From the NCBI GenBank assembly GCA_000182565.2, contig KQ257460.1: 64,000 nucleotides of DNA. One strand, written 5' to 3'. Under the pieces are notes generated by a model, which did no database searches, was not told the DNA's origin, and saw only the letters and a list, made by a program, of their open reading frames with translations. The first letter of the stretch is position 1. Every line of letters starts with the position of its first letter. Position numbers and translations under genes: made by a program. Positions 33,401 to 54,447 of the stretch are shown in pieces. The stretch is from Spizellomyces punctatus DAOM BR117 (taxonomy: Eukaryota).

Positions 33401-36400
33401 TCGACCTAGAACTTGACTCTTCCAGAATCCGTCGTTGTCGGACTGCCAACCGTTCTGATTATGCGTTGTCCAGATGCCGGGAACAACATAGTAAGAGCCG
33501 TACATGTGAACTGTTGCCTTGCTGTCCAAATTGTTCCTAGTCGTGATTTCTCCAGGAGATAACTCATTCTTCTTTGGGCAGAGGACAAATCCAAGACCAA
33601 TAATGAAGAAAAGGATAATCGCGTTCATCAATAGAATGATGAAGCAGAGTGTCACCTTCTCTCGCCACGCAATTTGTCGGTCGCGTGGCCTCATTCCGCA
33701 AATCGATAGACAGAAAGGGGGAATGTACCACGTCGAGAACCATGTGCAAGCCAACCACCGGCACCTAGTTCCCGTCATCTTCTTCTTCTTGACGGGTTCT
33801 TTTTCCGCAGGTACTTCCTTGGCGGTCACTGCTCGTGAGAGCGGGGTCGCGCTCTTCTCGCTTACAGATCCCAGTTCTAAATCCCCTTTCAGCGTGCTGT
33901 GAGACACGCTCGCGCGAGGTTCCCTTTCATATTCAAACTCGGATTCGTAGTGACTGGCACTGTCATCAAAGTTGGATCCTTCCTCGAAATCAGTTTCAGA
34001 GGCGGCATAGCTTGGGACCATGTAGGAATCCCTAGAGTCCTTCGAGGTCCTCTCCACCGGTTGAGATTCCTCAATGGTCTTCAGTTGTCTCTCTAGCGCG
34101 CTCCACGTTGGTTCGGAAAGGAACAATCGGCCCTTGCCCAGTACCGCATCCGATCGAGTCCATCCATTGCTGAGTATGAGACTCTCGCACTGTCTTCGGG
34201 CATCACCGCTAGATGAGGGAAGTACTGCTGCATATCGTTTCAGGAACTCGCCGTGTGGCAGCGCTGCCGTGTAGACGACAGCGGGGTTTGACGAAAGTGT
34301 AGACAGATCGTAATAAGCCACTTGTCGGCGTATAGTTTCTTGATCTACTGATCGACTGCTGTTTCCATCCGAAACTTTCACGTGGAAGATGAACCAACTT
34401 TGAGTGTCGTTCAAAGTTGCGAGGAGCTCAGCAAATGCATTTCGGAATTGGTGGCCGACTGTGTCTGTAGGGTCCACATGCTGCTCTTCATCGTCGTCCT
34501 TCTTGCTCTTCCTGCGCTTCATTGACGGGTTCCGTGATTTGCTGCTAGCAGCAATGACAGTCTTTCCATCACGCTTGCTTGTTTGAGTAGCTACCAGCCG
34601 GTCAGAGAACATGGATCGCAGGAAGAGATTGGCGGTTCCTGGTTGCTCGGGACTGCCACGAACCAGGGTAACAAAGTCGGATTGCAGGACATCGGCATCG
34701 CTATCGGCAAACCCATGCGTATCATATTCGACGATACCAGCATAGTGACGGATACCAAAGGCGTACTTTGGTTTCTGTGAGGGAATGAACGGATCGCTTT
34801 CTGCAGCTCCAGCATTAGCCGCATATATTTTTTCGGTTATCTTCGAGTCCCTGCTGCCCCGCGCGGCTTCCCTATCCACCAATGGCAAAATCCCAGACTT
34901 GGGACTGGTCAACAAAGCCAGAATCTCGCGGTTGGACAAATAGTTATTGGTTGGTGGTTCAAGTCCTTCAACCTTAAACGCTTCACGGGGTAAATCAAAC
35001 AGCTGCTCGTTAATGAAATTGCGCAGCTTCTCGTTTTGAAAGTTGACCAGCAAGCGGTGGAAGCCGTGTCCAGATATGTCACGTCCAGCGAAACCAGGAG
35101 TATCCAAAACTGCAACAAATGATGACCATACAGATTCGTCTTGGCACAGCTTGTTGTTGATTTGCTCGACAATCCAGCTAAAGGTGACAGAGTACAACGC
35201 ACGAGCGAGGTTGTCCCGTTGCTGCGCAGCTCCCTCAGAATCGAGGAACACGGAAGTAAGATCGCGGCCGACCATCTTTGTCCGGTATGTGAGGACTGCT
35301 TCGATAGAAGCTGGGTGGAGCCCAAGCAACGTGGCCACGAGCTCGAGCTGAGCGTAGTTTCGCACTGTACACGCTTCTTGAGTGTTGTTGGGATCATCGT
35401 GGAAAGTCACATTCCCTAAATGAAGAATCGCAGCGAGTATTTGCCACAGCTGAGTCTGCTGTCTCCGCCCGATACCCAGCGCCTTCATGTTGTCTCGCAA
35501 CTCATCCAATGCTAGGTTGCTGTCCACCGCAGATATCCGAAGCTTGGATTGACTGAGGTAGTGGAAGTGAGCGGGGTCGGAGAGGTGGAATTGCATCTTT
35601 TCCTCATGGGTAGCGCCGGCCAATAAGTAATAGAAAATGTGGAAACTCCGTCCACCTGGAGAGCAAAGTCAGCGACAATTAGGAAGACCATCACTATGGC
35701 AGGACACGTACCATCTTCTGCACCGGAAACTCGAGATTTTTCTAAAAGATAATCAATAAGCTTCAAACCAACCATTTTGCCCTGGCTGTTGAACTGATAC
35801 TCTGAGTATCGACTGCAACAACTGGCATCCTTGTTGAATGGCGTCTGCGCATTTCCAAATGCCGACAGTACAGAATCGACCTTTAGAACGGCGGAGTGGA
35901 CCTTGCTCTTTTTTGTTGAAGTTTTACTCAGGTCGCAAAGGTGACGTGCAATCAATCGATGAGATTCGGATTTGCCCGATCCACTCTCGCCGCTGCGTAG
36001 AACCTCGTCAATACCAATCTTTACATCCAAATCGCTAGAGCTGCTCCAGAACTTACCTGAGAACAATACATTGGTCCTCTTGGTTCCTCAACATGTGCAT
36101 ATAAGCGTCCGCAGCAAGATTGAATACATGGGGCGGCAAGGATTTGTTTTCCTGGCCTTTGAAGGCCTCTGCGTACTCTTTGCTGGACTGATCAGAAGTT
36201 GAGCTGACCGCTGACCGCGCACTTGGTGGGGAGTTTAGTGACACCAAACACCGTGCACCAATCTTTGTGTAGTGAAAACCATTCGCTAATCTTCCTGTGA
36301 GATTGCGTGTGATGTCGTCGATGGATAGTGGTTCGGAGCGGGAGGTATCAGCGAGCGCAGCCAAGTCTTCTCGTGTGTCTGTTACGGAGGCTGCGTGTAC

Positions 36401-36442
36401 GGCTGCCGCCGAGTATGGGTTCGCACGCCCTGGACGCACCAT
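30456..36442 (-). CDS. Division II chitin synthase with N-terminal myosin motor-like domain, cytochrome b5-like region and C-terminal DEK_C (class V/VII type), multi-exon
   Basis: [76 protein letters not shown], and [20 protein letters not shown]. Confidence 0.95.
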
Positions 36443-37067
36443 TTTGGATGCGAGATGAAGGGATACGTGCAAAGTCTATTTGAGGTGAGAATTACTGCGC
36501 ACCGCGGAAAAAGGTGTGTGTTAGCATCATGACGATCCTTTCAACGTGCCTATGAGCTGCACCAATGCGCAGGAGTGGACTCACGATAATATCAGCGTCG
36601 TCACGCTCTCTCTGTTCACCCAGACAATCCGGTGTCGGGAATGCTGATGAGAGGGGCGCCTGAGGTTGCGAGACGAAACCGTTGACCGCCTAGAAATAAT
36701 AAAAGTATCCTAATAGTCTAATACACACGCCCTTTAGGAATCCCTTCCTGTATAAAATACGTCAAATGGCCAGAGCGAAAAGTCCTACTCCGCCCCAAAA
36801 CTCGGCCCTTCCCAACACGACAAGCCGTTTCTTTTTGTTGTGGGAATTTTTTGCCCTTTTCTCACACTGTGGGTGTGCGTGAGAAAGTTTCAATTCTTGT
36901 GGGCTTAGTCAAACGGCGCATGTAGAAGGTGTGGCGTCACTTTGTTACTATATATGGTTACATGACATCTGATGGCATCTGGCGTTTTTGGCTGTGGGCC
37001 GTTTTGTTTATTTTAAGATTACGCATCATTAACTGTGCAAAACAAGCCGTGCAAGGGATCAGCCGCG

Positions 37068-37099
37068 GGTAGATGAAGGTAGATGAAGGTAGATGAAGG
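37068..37099. repeat. 10-bp tandem repeat (GGTAGATGAA)x3 upstream of the chitin synthase
   Basis: ggtagatgaaggtagatgaaggtagatgaagg. Confidence 0.85.
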
Positions 37100-37608
37100 G
37101 TTTGCAAGGATCAGTGTGCGGGATGATGATGGTGCATTACACACCTTCTTTTTGGCATGTTCTTTGTAGTCCTTTTGTATCTACGTGTGTTGGCATTCTG
37201 ACACTCGGGACCCTTGTGGATGTGCAATCTGACAATAGCTCCCATGTCAACCACATGGTTCTAACACTAGCATGATAGAGTCAAGCATATCTATCACAAA
37301 TGAAATTAGCCAAGCACAAAGAGTAGGGAGTAGTATATCTGCCAGCCATCATAAAGGCTCTGAAAAGGGCCGAGTCGCGGTGTTGGTATCGGACCAGGAT
37401 TTGTATCGCATTTGTTCGAAAATGAATCACATGCGGTGGGAACTGTCAATCTAGCTCAGGGCAACAACATTGGAACAGAGGCATACACAGCCATGCATTA
37501 TATCTACAAATATACAATATATCATATTCAGCCCAACTGCTATGCGTGGACGGTAAACATCTCGATACGAGCTATACCACCAAATGCAAACGGTTGCTAT
37601 AATCATCA

Positions 37609-38430
37609 TCACCACAAGAACGGAATCAAAAAGCACGTCTTCTTCTTGTACTCGGCGAATTCAGGGTATCGCGAAAGACTCTGGTCTTTGAGCTCCATAT
37701 TGGGGATCCAAATGCAGATAAAGACTGTTGTAAAGAGGGCGATCGCCGCTGGGTCTCGAGAGAGTAACAGAAAAGATCCGTAAATGAGCAACTCTCCAAA
37801 GTAATTGGGATTTCGGTTGTACGCAAAGAACCGATCTGTAATGAGACCTGGCCCTTTTCCAGTCTTGTCCGTAGGATGTCTTTTTCGATACTCCAATTCA
37901 ATCGTTTTCTGCAAATCAGATCCAAAATGGAGAAACACACCCAGTCCCCAAGCTGTTATCGCCAAAAAAATGACGACAGGATGAGCCGACTTGCCACTAC
38001 GCATGAGATGGTATGGCCCGATCCAGTATCCAGCAAGCATGGACGCAATCAGCACTGAATACCAGAGAGGATACCGCTTTGTCCACTTTGGATCTGGAAA
38101 CATTCGAGATTTCGTCATCCAAAGGATTCCGTATGTGCCATGAATGGCTGTGTACACCACAGCAGCTGCATTTTGCCACGCGGCGAACCGCGCCATCCAG
38201 AATAAGCAAACCACTAGTGTCAGGCCTTTCATGGTGTCGATCACGTAACAAATCGGTATGCCAGTTTCTGTCTCCGTTGGGAAAGCGATAGGGTACAGCC
38301 ATGGAACATGATTGTACGGAAAAGGAAGGGATGGAGAACGCTGCGAGACGGATGCTTTCGTAGCTAAATCCGCGCCGTCCCTCTCATTTGCCGGTGTGCG
38401 CTGTCGAAGAGCAGAGGTTGCTTCGGACAT
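37609..38430 (-). CDS. DUF1295 / steroid 5-alpha-reductase C-terminal-domain membrane protein, intronless
   Basis: HGTYGILW..KS..FPD..W, SDLQK, GLIT..FFAYNRNPNYFGELLIY, KDQSLSRYPEF..YKKKT..LIP; several hydrophobic helices. Confidence 0.88.
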   Translation of the reverse strand: MSEATSALRQRTPANERDGADLATKASVSQRSPSLPFPYNHVPWLYPIAFPTETETGIPICYVIDTMKGLTLVVCLFWMARFAAWQNAAAVVYTAIHGTYGILWMTKSRMFPDPKWTKRYPLWYSVLIASMLAGYWIGPYHLMRSGKSAHPVVIFLAITAWGLGVFLHFGSDLQKTIELEYRKRHPTDKTGKGPGLITDRFFAYNRNPNYFGELLIYGSFLLLSRDPAAIALFTTVFICIWIPNMELKDQSLSRYPEFAEYKKKTCFLIPFLW

Positions 38431-38841
38431 GTCGTGAGGGACTACAACAAGGCAAAGAGGCAGAGGTCCTGGCGCAACGTAATGCAAACTGCCGGATGGC
38501 ACAGCTAGTCTCGCGACTAAGCATGTGTCACGTGGTTTATTTTTATTTTTTGCTCTTGTCACCAATTGGAATGGCGCAGCACACGCGCGGTCTTTCAAAG
38601 CGTGCTAGTTGCTCTCGTTACGAATTGGAGGACATTGTCAGAGATCTCCAGTTCCCATTCCCCCACAACCCTCTTATCCTCGGAACAATAGGTGGGTAGT
38701 TTGGCCAAGAGTTATGTGGACGAGGTAGAGGCTCGCGCCAAGGAAAAGTCAAGTGCCGTAACTCCCCTGGACTGTATTGAGCCTCGTTGACCATGCAATT
38801 CACACATGTACTCACTCGTACACTTCTCTACAGACATTATC

Positions 38842-40289
38842 ATGTCAAATTCCATCAAGATCTTTGCGGGCAACTCTCACATTGAGTTTGCCAACCTTGT
38901 TGCAAAGTGAGTATTTGGGCTATAGATAACAAGTTGCACATTGGTGTGAAAAGTGTATATTTCAGTGTTTTAATCATAATGGAAACCAATACTAACTCTC
39001 CTTGCGATATTAGGCGCCTAGGGCTAGACTTGGCTAAATGCGTTGTTCTCAAATACTCTAACCAAGAAACATCCGTCACGATCGGCGAATCTGGCACGTA
39101 TTGCCTCTTTTAGTGTAAATCTCTGAATCTGCGCGGTGTGCTTCCGCGATGAACGGCATCAATTGACTTTCTGTATGATCTCTTTCTTCGCTTCCATTCA
39201 CCTAATAGTTCGCGATGAAGATGTGTTCATTATTCAATCGGGCTGTGGGGAGATCAACGACCATCTCATGGAACTCCTCATCATGATCAATGCTTGCAAA
39301 ACGGCTTCCGCACGTCGCATCACAGCCGTGGTGCCATGTTTCCCATATGCTCGCCAAGATAAAAAGGACAAATCCCGAGCGCCGATCACTGCAAAGCTTG
39401 TTGCCAACATGCTCACGGTCGCTGGTGCCAATCATGTCATTACCATGGACCTGCACGCATCCCAAATCCAAGGATTCTTCAATATCCCTGTAGACAACCT
39501 GTATGCTGAGCCAAGTACTCTCAAATACATCCGAGACAACATTGAGGATTATAAGAATGTCGTGATTGTGTCGCCAGATGCGGGAGGTGCCAAAAGGTGG
39601 TTATCATTGTTTAAGGGATAGGAATGAACTTTGGTGTTGACCTTTTTCAATTTTTCGTTTCAGAGCAACCTCCATAGCAGATAAGCTCGATCTCGAGTTT
39701 GCGCTGATCCACAAGGAGAGGAAGAAGGCTAACGAAGTGTCCCGAATGGTCTTGGTCGGGGACGTTAAAGGACGGGATTGCATCTTGGTTGACGATATGG
39801 CGGATACCTGTGGTACTTTGGCCATGGCTGCCAAGGTCCTCAAGGAGAATGGGGCGAATAAAGTATATGCCATGGTGACACATGCTGGTGCGTTATGTTG
39901 AGTGTATGACGATTCGGCTGCCCGGAATGCTAACGCCTCTCCCAAACTAGTGCTTTCTGGTAAAGCGATCGAGGTCATCAACAACTCACAGCTAGAAAAA
40001 GTTGTTGTGGTAGGTCAAGGGATGTGACTTTATGAATTTTGGATGAGATTTTCTCATATACATTATTTCTGCAGACAAACACGATCCCACACGAAGACAA
40101 GAAACTATTATGCCCGAAACTGGACACAATCGACGTGTCAGTCACCTTTGCCGAAGCGATACGGCGTACCCACAATGGAGAGAGTATCAGGTGCGTATTT
40201 AATTTGCAACCTCTTCAAGCGTGAAATGAAAATCAACCCGTTTTTGCCTTCTTATTACCAGCTACCTCTTCAACTACGTCCCCAGTTAA
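38842..40289 (+). CDS. PRS: Ribose-phosphate pyrophosphokinase (PRPP synthetase, class I), 7 coding exons
   Basis: [91 protein letters not shown]. Confidence 0.96.
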
Positions 40290-41293
40290 TTTACATACAC
40301 ACAAAAGCACCTTTGATTTAATTGAAAATACGCATACGTATCTTTTTCGCAGAGCCCTACTCACTGCAAAACAAAAACACGCACATACTTTTTCCAACCT
40401 AATGGGCATCACCACAAATGTAAACACTCTAAAATACGATTTAATAGATTTGAATTGCACTCGTTCATCCTCACGGACATGACTACATGTAAACTGTCGA
40501 AATATCAATAATCCCTCGATGTCACATCTATTTAGAGTCTTTGTTCACACTTGTTAATTCGTTTGGAAATTTAACGGAGGACCCTTGATCTACCCTGGCA
40601 ATATCAAAAGTCCACGTGCTTGGATAGCACGAGTAGGATATCGGTAGCGACAAGCAGACCCTTGGCTACGAGTGCCCATCAGCCCAACTGTGGCAATGCT
40701 CTATTTATCCCATGGAGACATTTGCGTCACAGTTGGTGATGAAACTTGTGTTACACTTAAATTTGTAGTTCTATGACCCTTATAATATCCAAGTGAACCA
40801 AGTGAACCAGAGAATGGGTAATGACGACATGGTTCCATAATGTGATTTTGCCGCATTGTTTTGAAGTTTTCTTTCTCTTCCTGCTGTTGATGTGTTGAAT
40901 GGCTCACCCGCTTTTTCACACTTGTTACCGTGGCCTTTGGATTTTTGGCAAGTTGCTTGCTCGTTTGTCTTGTTGGCGAGATTTTATTTTTATTGTTCCG
41001 TAGACGGTTGTCGTAGCTACTGGGGGTTCTGAACAGTTCCTGGGTTCAGCGTTTACGGGCGTAATCGCGGGTTGGATAAGGGGGGTCCTGATTTGGGTCC
41101 CGCGTTTCTTTGAAGCTTGTATTTGGCGAATCAGGGTTGTAGGTAAGATATCTGCGATATTGCTTGATATGGGGGATCATGTTTACATAGTATGCATGAA
41201 CTCCTTTGCCCTGGTTCCATCTATTTAGAACCGACGAAAACCGACGAGTTGAGCAGTCCTGCCAGGCCCGACGTCTGCACCACGTCGACAGCC

Positions 41294-44200
41294 ATGTCGG
41301 TCACCCTCGCTGATCTGGCAGAAAATGTGAATGTGCTTACTGCCAACTCGACAAGCTCCCACTCCTCCAGCATATCCGCTTCTAGTAACACGGTATCATG
41401 GGAAACCTTTCTGCAACAGTACGCTCGGGGATTATTTCCCCCCACCAAAGTGCCAAAAAAGCCGCGCAATGCCCCTCCTTTCGAAACCGCCTTCCTCCCA
41501 GCACCAACTCCACCACCAGAAATCGAGAGTTTGAGAAGAAAGGCATTGTACAAGTATCGATGGCTGTTGAACGAGAAGCCAGAAGGAGTTGACAGCGTAG
41601 TAGAGTTGACCAGGAAGCATTTTGCGGCGGAGCATGCCATTGTAAGTAGCAAAGTGGTAACTTGCGAGATCCTGATGATAGACTTTGAATTTTGTTTAAT
41701 GCTCTTTCGTTGTGCAACGATTCTTTCCAGTTGTCATTTGTCCTTGAAGATGAGGCAATGTTCAGATTAGAGAACACCGATTTCTGTACAAGCGACAGAA
41801 GCATCTCCATTTGTTCACACTCTGTGCTGCGACATGGCAAAGAAGGAATGGTCATCCTAGGTAAGCCGTCAAATGACGGGCATTTTGATGCAATACGATT
41901 TCTCATCCTACGCCGTAGATACGCACAAGGATTGGCGGTTTCAACAAAACCCAAATGTCCTGAATGCCCCTTTTGTCCGATTTTACGCCAGCGCTCACCT
42001 AATAACAGCAGATGGTTTTAATATCGGATCGCTTTGCGTCATTGACTCAACATCTCGGGATGCATTCAGTGACCAAGAGATGGAAGAACTTCAAAGGTTT
42101 GCCAATCTGGTCATGTCTCAGCTTGACGTCTGGGTATATAAAAAAGAGGTGGAGGAAAGGGATAGGCGAGAGGAGGCTTTGGCAGAGTACGCACAAGCTT
42201 CCCTAGTTGGCCACGAGCCGAATTTGCAAGATGCCTATCAATTGGCCTGTTCTTTGATTGCAAGGAGCTTGGATGTGGAATATGTGTGTATCCTCGAGCC
42301 TGAAGAAATAGAGAACCATCTTGGTGGATATGGCCCGCTGACGAGCACTGATCGAAGAGTCGTTGGCTCGAACGAACCATCGTTGCTGAATAAAGTCGCT
42401 AGCATGAATTGCTCTGGGACGTATGATCTGGTAACAGCGACATCCATGTCTATATCAGGAACGGAATTCCAATTTCCGCCTGAAATTCCGGCTGCTGTAC
42501 CTAGCTTTATGAACGGTTTGGATGTTGTGAGCAGTATCGCCGTCCCTTTGCGACGAGGAGGAGACTCGGAACATAATGGAATATTGGCGGCGTTTTCCAA
42601 GGATCGGCGCAGACTGTTCGGTGCCTCCCAGATGCACTTTCTGAATACCTTTGCAGTGAACATTACTGCATTATTGTTGAAAGTGAAAGCGGAGGCTGCG
42701 ACGAGGGCAAAATTAGCCTTCTTGAGTTCTATCAGTCATGAACTTCTGAGTTCTATCTCAGTCATGAACTTCTGAGTTCTATCAGTCATGAACTTCGTAC
42801 GTGTTACTCAGTTGATCAACGTTATAGTGTCATAATTGTTTATGTGTCGTATTATTTTGAATACAGGAACTCCACTTCACGGCCTCCTTGGCGTATCTGA
42901 ACTGCTCAGTTCAACCCCTTTAAACGGCTCCCAAGAAGCATTCGTGTCCACGATCGAATCCTGCGGCAAATCCCTACTCGGGATCGTTAATAACGTATTA
43001 GACGTCGCCAAGCGAACTGAAGGACGAAAGGCATCGCACGTTGAAGATGTTGATCTATATTCCCTGTTGCAAGAGGTTATGGATGCTGTCACAGCTACGG
43101 TAAACCCAAATGTAGAGTTATTACTGGACATCAACCTACCGCCCCGTTTGCAGTTTCTGCAAACGGATCCGAACTCTGTGCGACAGATTTTAATGAACCT
43201 AGTTGGAAATGCATTGAAATTTACCGAAAAGGGCTACGTGGAGGTGAAAGTGTCGCTCCTTGATTCAGCAATTTCGAATGCATCCGAAGTTCCATTACGG
43301 TTTGAAGTCTCAGATACTGGCTGCGGAATCAGTCCCGCATTTTTGCCAAAACTGTTCAAACCGTTCAGTCAAGAAAATCCGTTAAAACAAGGTGCTGGAT
43401 TAGGATTACTGCTCACGCGGTTCATGGTGGAAAGCATTGGTGGGACGTTGTCTGTGGCAAGCGAATTCGGACGTGGGACACGGTTTTATTTTGATGTTAC
43501 CGCTACTGTGCGAGACCCGATTCAGTCGGAGGGTGCGAGTATTGTATCGAGCGCCGTTGAAGAGATGCAGAATAAGCTCTGCAGAGTGGATGTAGGGCAT
43601 CTGAGATTGGCAAACATCATCTCTAAAACTCTTTCTCTGTGGGGGGTTAATAACGATCGAGGCGATCATCTAACGGCAAACGAGACCCAAAAGGTCTATA
43701 TCGTGGACGAACCGTCACGCACGTTGGATAGATTGCTGAGCAAGGAAGAGTTGGGCGGACCTACCGAGATTACACCTGTTCTATATGTGACGAGCATCGC
43801 GGAACATCCAGAAGCTGCACGGTCGATTCGCTCGCGATTACTCAATCCCAACACTAGGGTGGCAATCATAACGAAGCCTGTGGGTCCAATTAAGCTCCTA
43901 CAGGCAATTGGAAAGATCTTAAAATCACAGGTAAGGTCTTTGGTCGTGTGGTTCCAGATGTTCGAGCTCATATCTGATGGAAATATTATAGACACGTAAA
44001 CCTCGCATGAGCATCATCACATATTCACCTCTGAAGCTGAGATATTCTATGGAATCTCTGATTCCGACTACAACCACGGAAGAAGAGGCAGCAGACGTTG
44101 ATATACGAAGCATTATGCCAGTCGCTGGAAGGGACCAAGAAGGGCAACTGTCCACCGATACGGCTCATCCAGTACCTCTGCGCTGCCTCGTTGCCGAAGA

Positions 44201-44627
44201 TAATGCAATAAACCGAATGCTCATATCGCAATTCCTGCATAAAATGGGAATAGAGTGCACCATAGCTCACGATGGCAAGCAAGCCGTTAGCGTTTTCGCT
44301 GAGGCGTGCAAGGCAAATTCAACGGGCTACCCAACCCCCGAGGGCCCTTCCACTCCCAAACCCAACCCGTTTGACTTTGTTTTGATGGACATTATGATGC
44401 CGAATATGGATGGAAACGAGGCTACGCGAAATATTCGTCAACTGGAAAACGACCAGAACTTTGCCCGATCGGTTATTATTGCATTAACTGGATTGAGCTC
44501 TCATGAGGACCGGGGAGCGGCGTTTGAGGTTGGAGTGGACACGTTTTTGACTAAACCAGTGGGAATGAAGGTGTTGAAAGCGACGCTGGAGAAGTATTTT
44601 GAAGGTCGAGTTGGGTGGGCTGGATAG
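41294..44627 (+). CDS. Hybrid histidine kinase (GAF-GAF-HisKA-HATPase-REC); reading frame broken at the H-box in this sequence
   Basis: Exons 41294-41641, 41731-41860, 41919-42796, 42867-43930, 43992-44627. GAF: RFYASAHL...IGSLCVID. Kinase: SHEL(R)TPLHG, NLVGNALKFT, DTGCGI, GAGLGL. REC: AEDN, MDIMMP, KP. Confidence 0.88.
42723..42796. repeat. Tandem triplication (24+26+24 bp) of the H-box coding segment
   Basis: tgagttctatcagtcatgaacttc / tgagttctatctcagtcatgaacttc / tgagttctatcagtcatgaacttc. Confidence 0.95.
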
Positions 44628-45115
44628 AAAGACAAAGCAAAGTCCAGGTGGTGGGATTTTCAGTAACTATACCGTACATGAGTTTTTCTTTTTAATTCTT
44701 GTTTTTTTTTTTTCGCTCTGCGACAACGTTCTTGTGTCTCGTGTAGATAGGTTTTACCCATTGTTCTCCATTGTTCCATAATTCGTTTTAGATTTGCTTT
44801 TTCAAATAGTTAATTGTGTCACAAATATCATGATCTATAGTTGACTGTCATGAATTGTTCAAGATATGATGGTGCTTTCCCTTGCGCTAGCTGTCGGTCC
44901 TCGTCGATAATTCAGACATGATGGGCATACTCACGTGACATACTGGACGATGTGGAAGCTTCATGCACAAGAAACTTTTTATCTGCAATGTGCGGGACTG
45001 AGCGCTTGAAAGCGAGTAGCTGTTGTTAGCATTCACACCATTCTGAGCGGACTATCCACGCCCATTCACCTTGCGCGAGACGCTCATACCTAGTCCCTTC
45101 CAAGGTGCAACTAGG

Positions 45116-53067
<7,952 letters not shown>

Positions 53068-53673
53068 AGAATGAGTATGCATCGGGTTTTGCACATGATG
53101 GAGGGTTAGCATAGAGAATGGGATGTGTAAATATATTTTGGGTACATAGACAATTGTAGGCAGATGGGGATGATTGTAATTCGTTGTTATCGCTTAATGG
53201 CTTCAATCAGGACGCGCTACAAAGTAGGAACACGCCTTCAGTTGAGGGAGGTGAGCTACCGAATACGAGACTACGACAACACTTTGGTACGAAAGAAACC
53301 ACTGCATGGCTGCTACTGGATAATATATAGCATGATGGACTGAATTTTGCTACAATATTCATACACGGCGATAGTTCCCCTGCCGTACCAATTAGAATTC
53401 AAGAATACCGTTCAGGGGTCATGTCAGCGGTCTATGATCAACAATGAATTATCCGTAAAGTAAAACCCCTTTCTCAGATATTGTATTTTTGCAACCAACG
53501 CTGTCATGGCCCTGGCCTGCTTATTGAACAATACGGCGCGGCATTTTGTTTTATGCACTGTACTGATGCCTCACATCCTATTACTACACCATAGCATCGG
53601 CATGTGCCCACCATCTGACATGCCATACACCTCAGCGCTTCTCAAAGCGCCGTCGTCGCGACAAATGCAGCGT

Positions 53674-54447
53674 TTAGAACTTCCGAATGCCCGATACTGG
53701 CGCGGACGCGTTGGTACGCTGTCTTTGCATCTGAGCAAAACGCGAGGACAATGGCCCGCTGGGAATATTCTTTGCCGCGATCCTTGGACGGCTGACAGGC
53801 GTCGTGTTACGTTGGGGAACTTCGGATGCGTGATAATCGGGAGTGCCGTTTCTGGCAATGGGGATAGTCAGTTGGGAGTTGCGTGGGAATCCGGCCCGAC
53901 AACAAGGAGCCTACACACTTTGAGGCCCTTCTTCTGGTGCCATTTGAGGGGGCTTTCACATTGTCGTTCACGATGCTGATCGTGACATTTGCAGGAGGAA
54001 TGGCTTTGCTGACGAATTGTGGTGTAGAGAATTTGGGCTTTGGAGCTTGAGGTTGGGTAGAGACGCCAGTCTTAACCACAAATTGTGAGCTGGAGGATTC
54101 CTCAAAGAAAGCAGCGAACAACGGAACTGTAACTCACCCGTATGCCTCGCCTCTGGTTAACGGCCGCTCTCCGAGAGTTCGTGCCCTGCTTCTTGGCACT
54201 AGCTGCCAGAGCATCTTTCTTCTTGGCTAGCTTCTCAGCGGCATTTCCCGCAGAGTGACCTCCCCGACCCCTCTTAGGTGCGTTCTTTCCGGCCTTTTTT
54301 GTAGTTTTGATAATGTCATCTGAGAGTAGGTCAGGCAGCGATATGAGCACCCTTTTTGATCCGCTTCGCACCGCGGGGGGTCATCGTGTTTCGGCCCCGT
54401 CAAAACGTACCAAGCGACATGGTGAGTTTGTCTTCGCTAATATCCAT
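53674..54447 (-). CDS. UAP56-binding-motif protein (FYTTD1/UIF/ALYREF-like N-terminus), 4 exons
   Basis: Splicing out 54410-54320 yields MDISEDKLTMSLDDII (the UBM). This is followed by a basic G/R/K region and a C-terminal LSSRF motif. Confidence 0.65.

Noticed and set aside
30434..36202. Many + strand ORFs over the chitin synthase
   Set aside because: Antisense shadows of a long coding sequence.
53506..53979. 157-aa + strand ORF
   Set aside because: Antisense to the last exons of the UBM protein gene; no motif.
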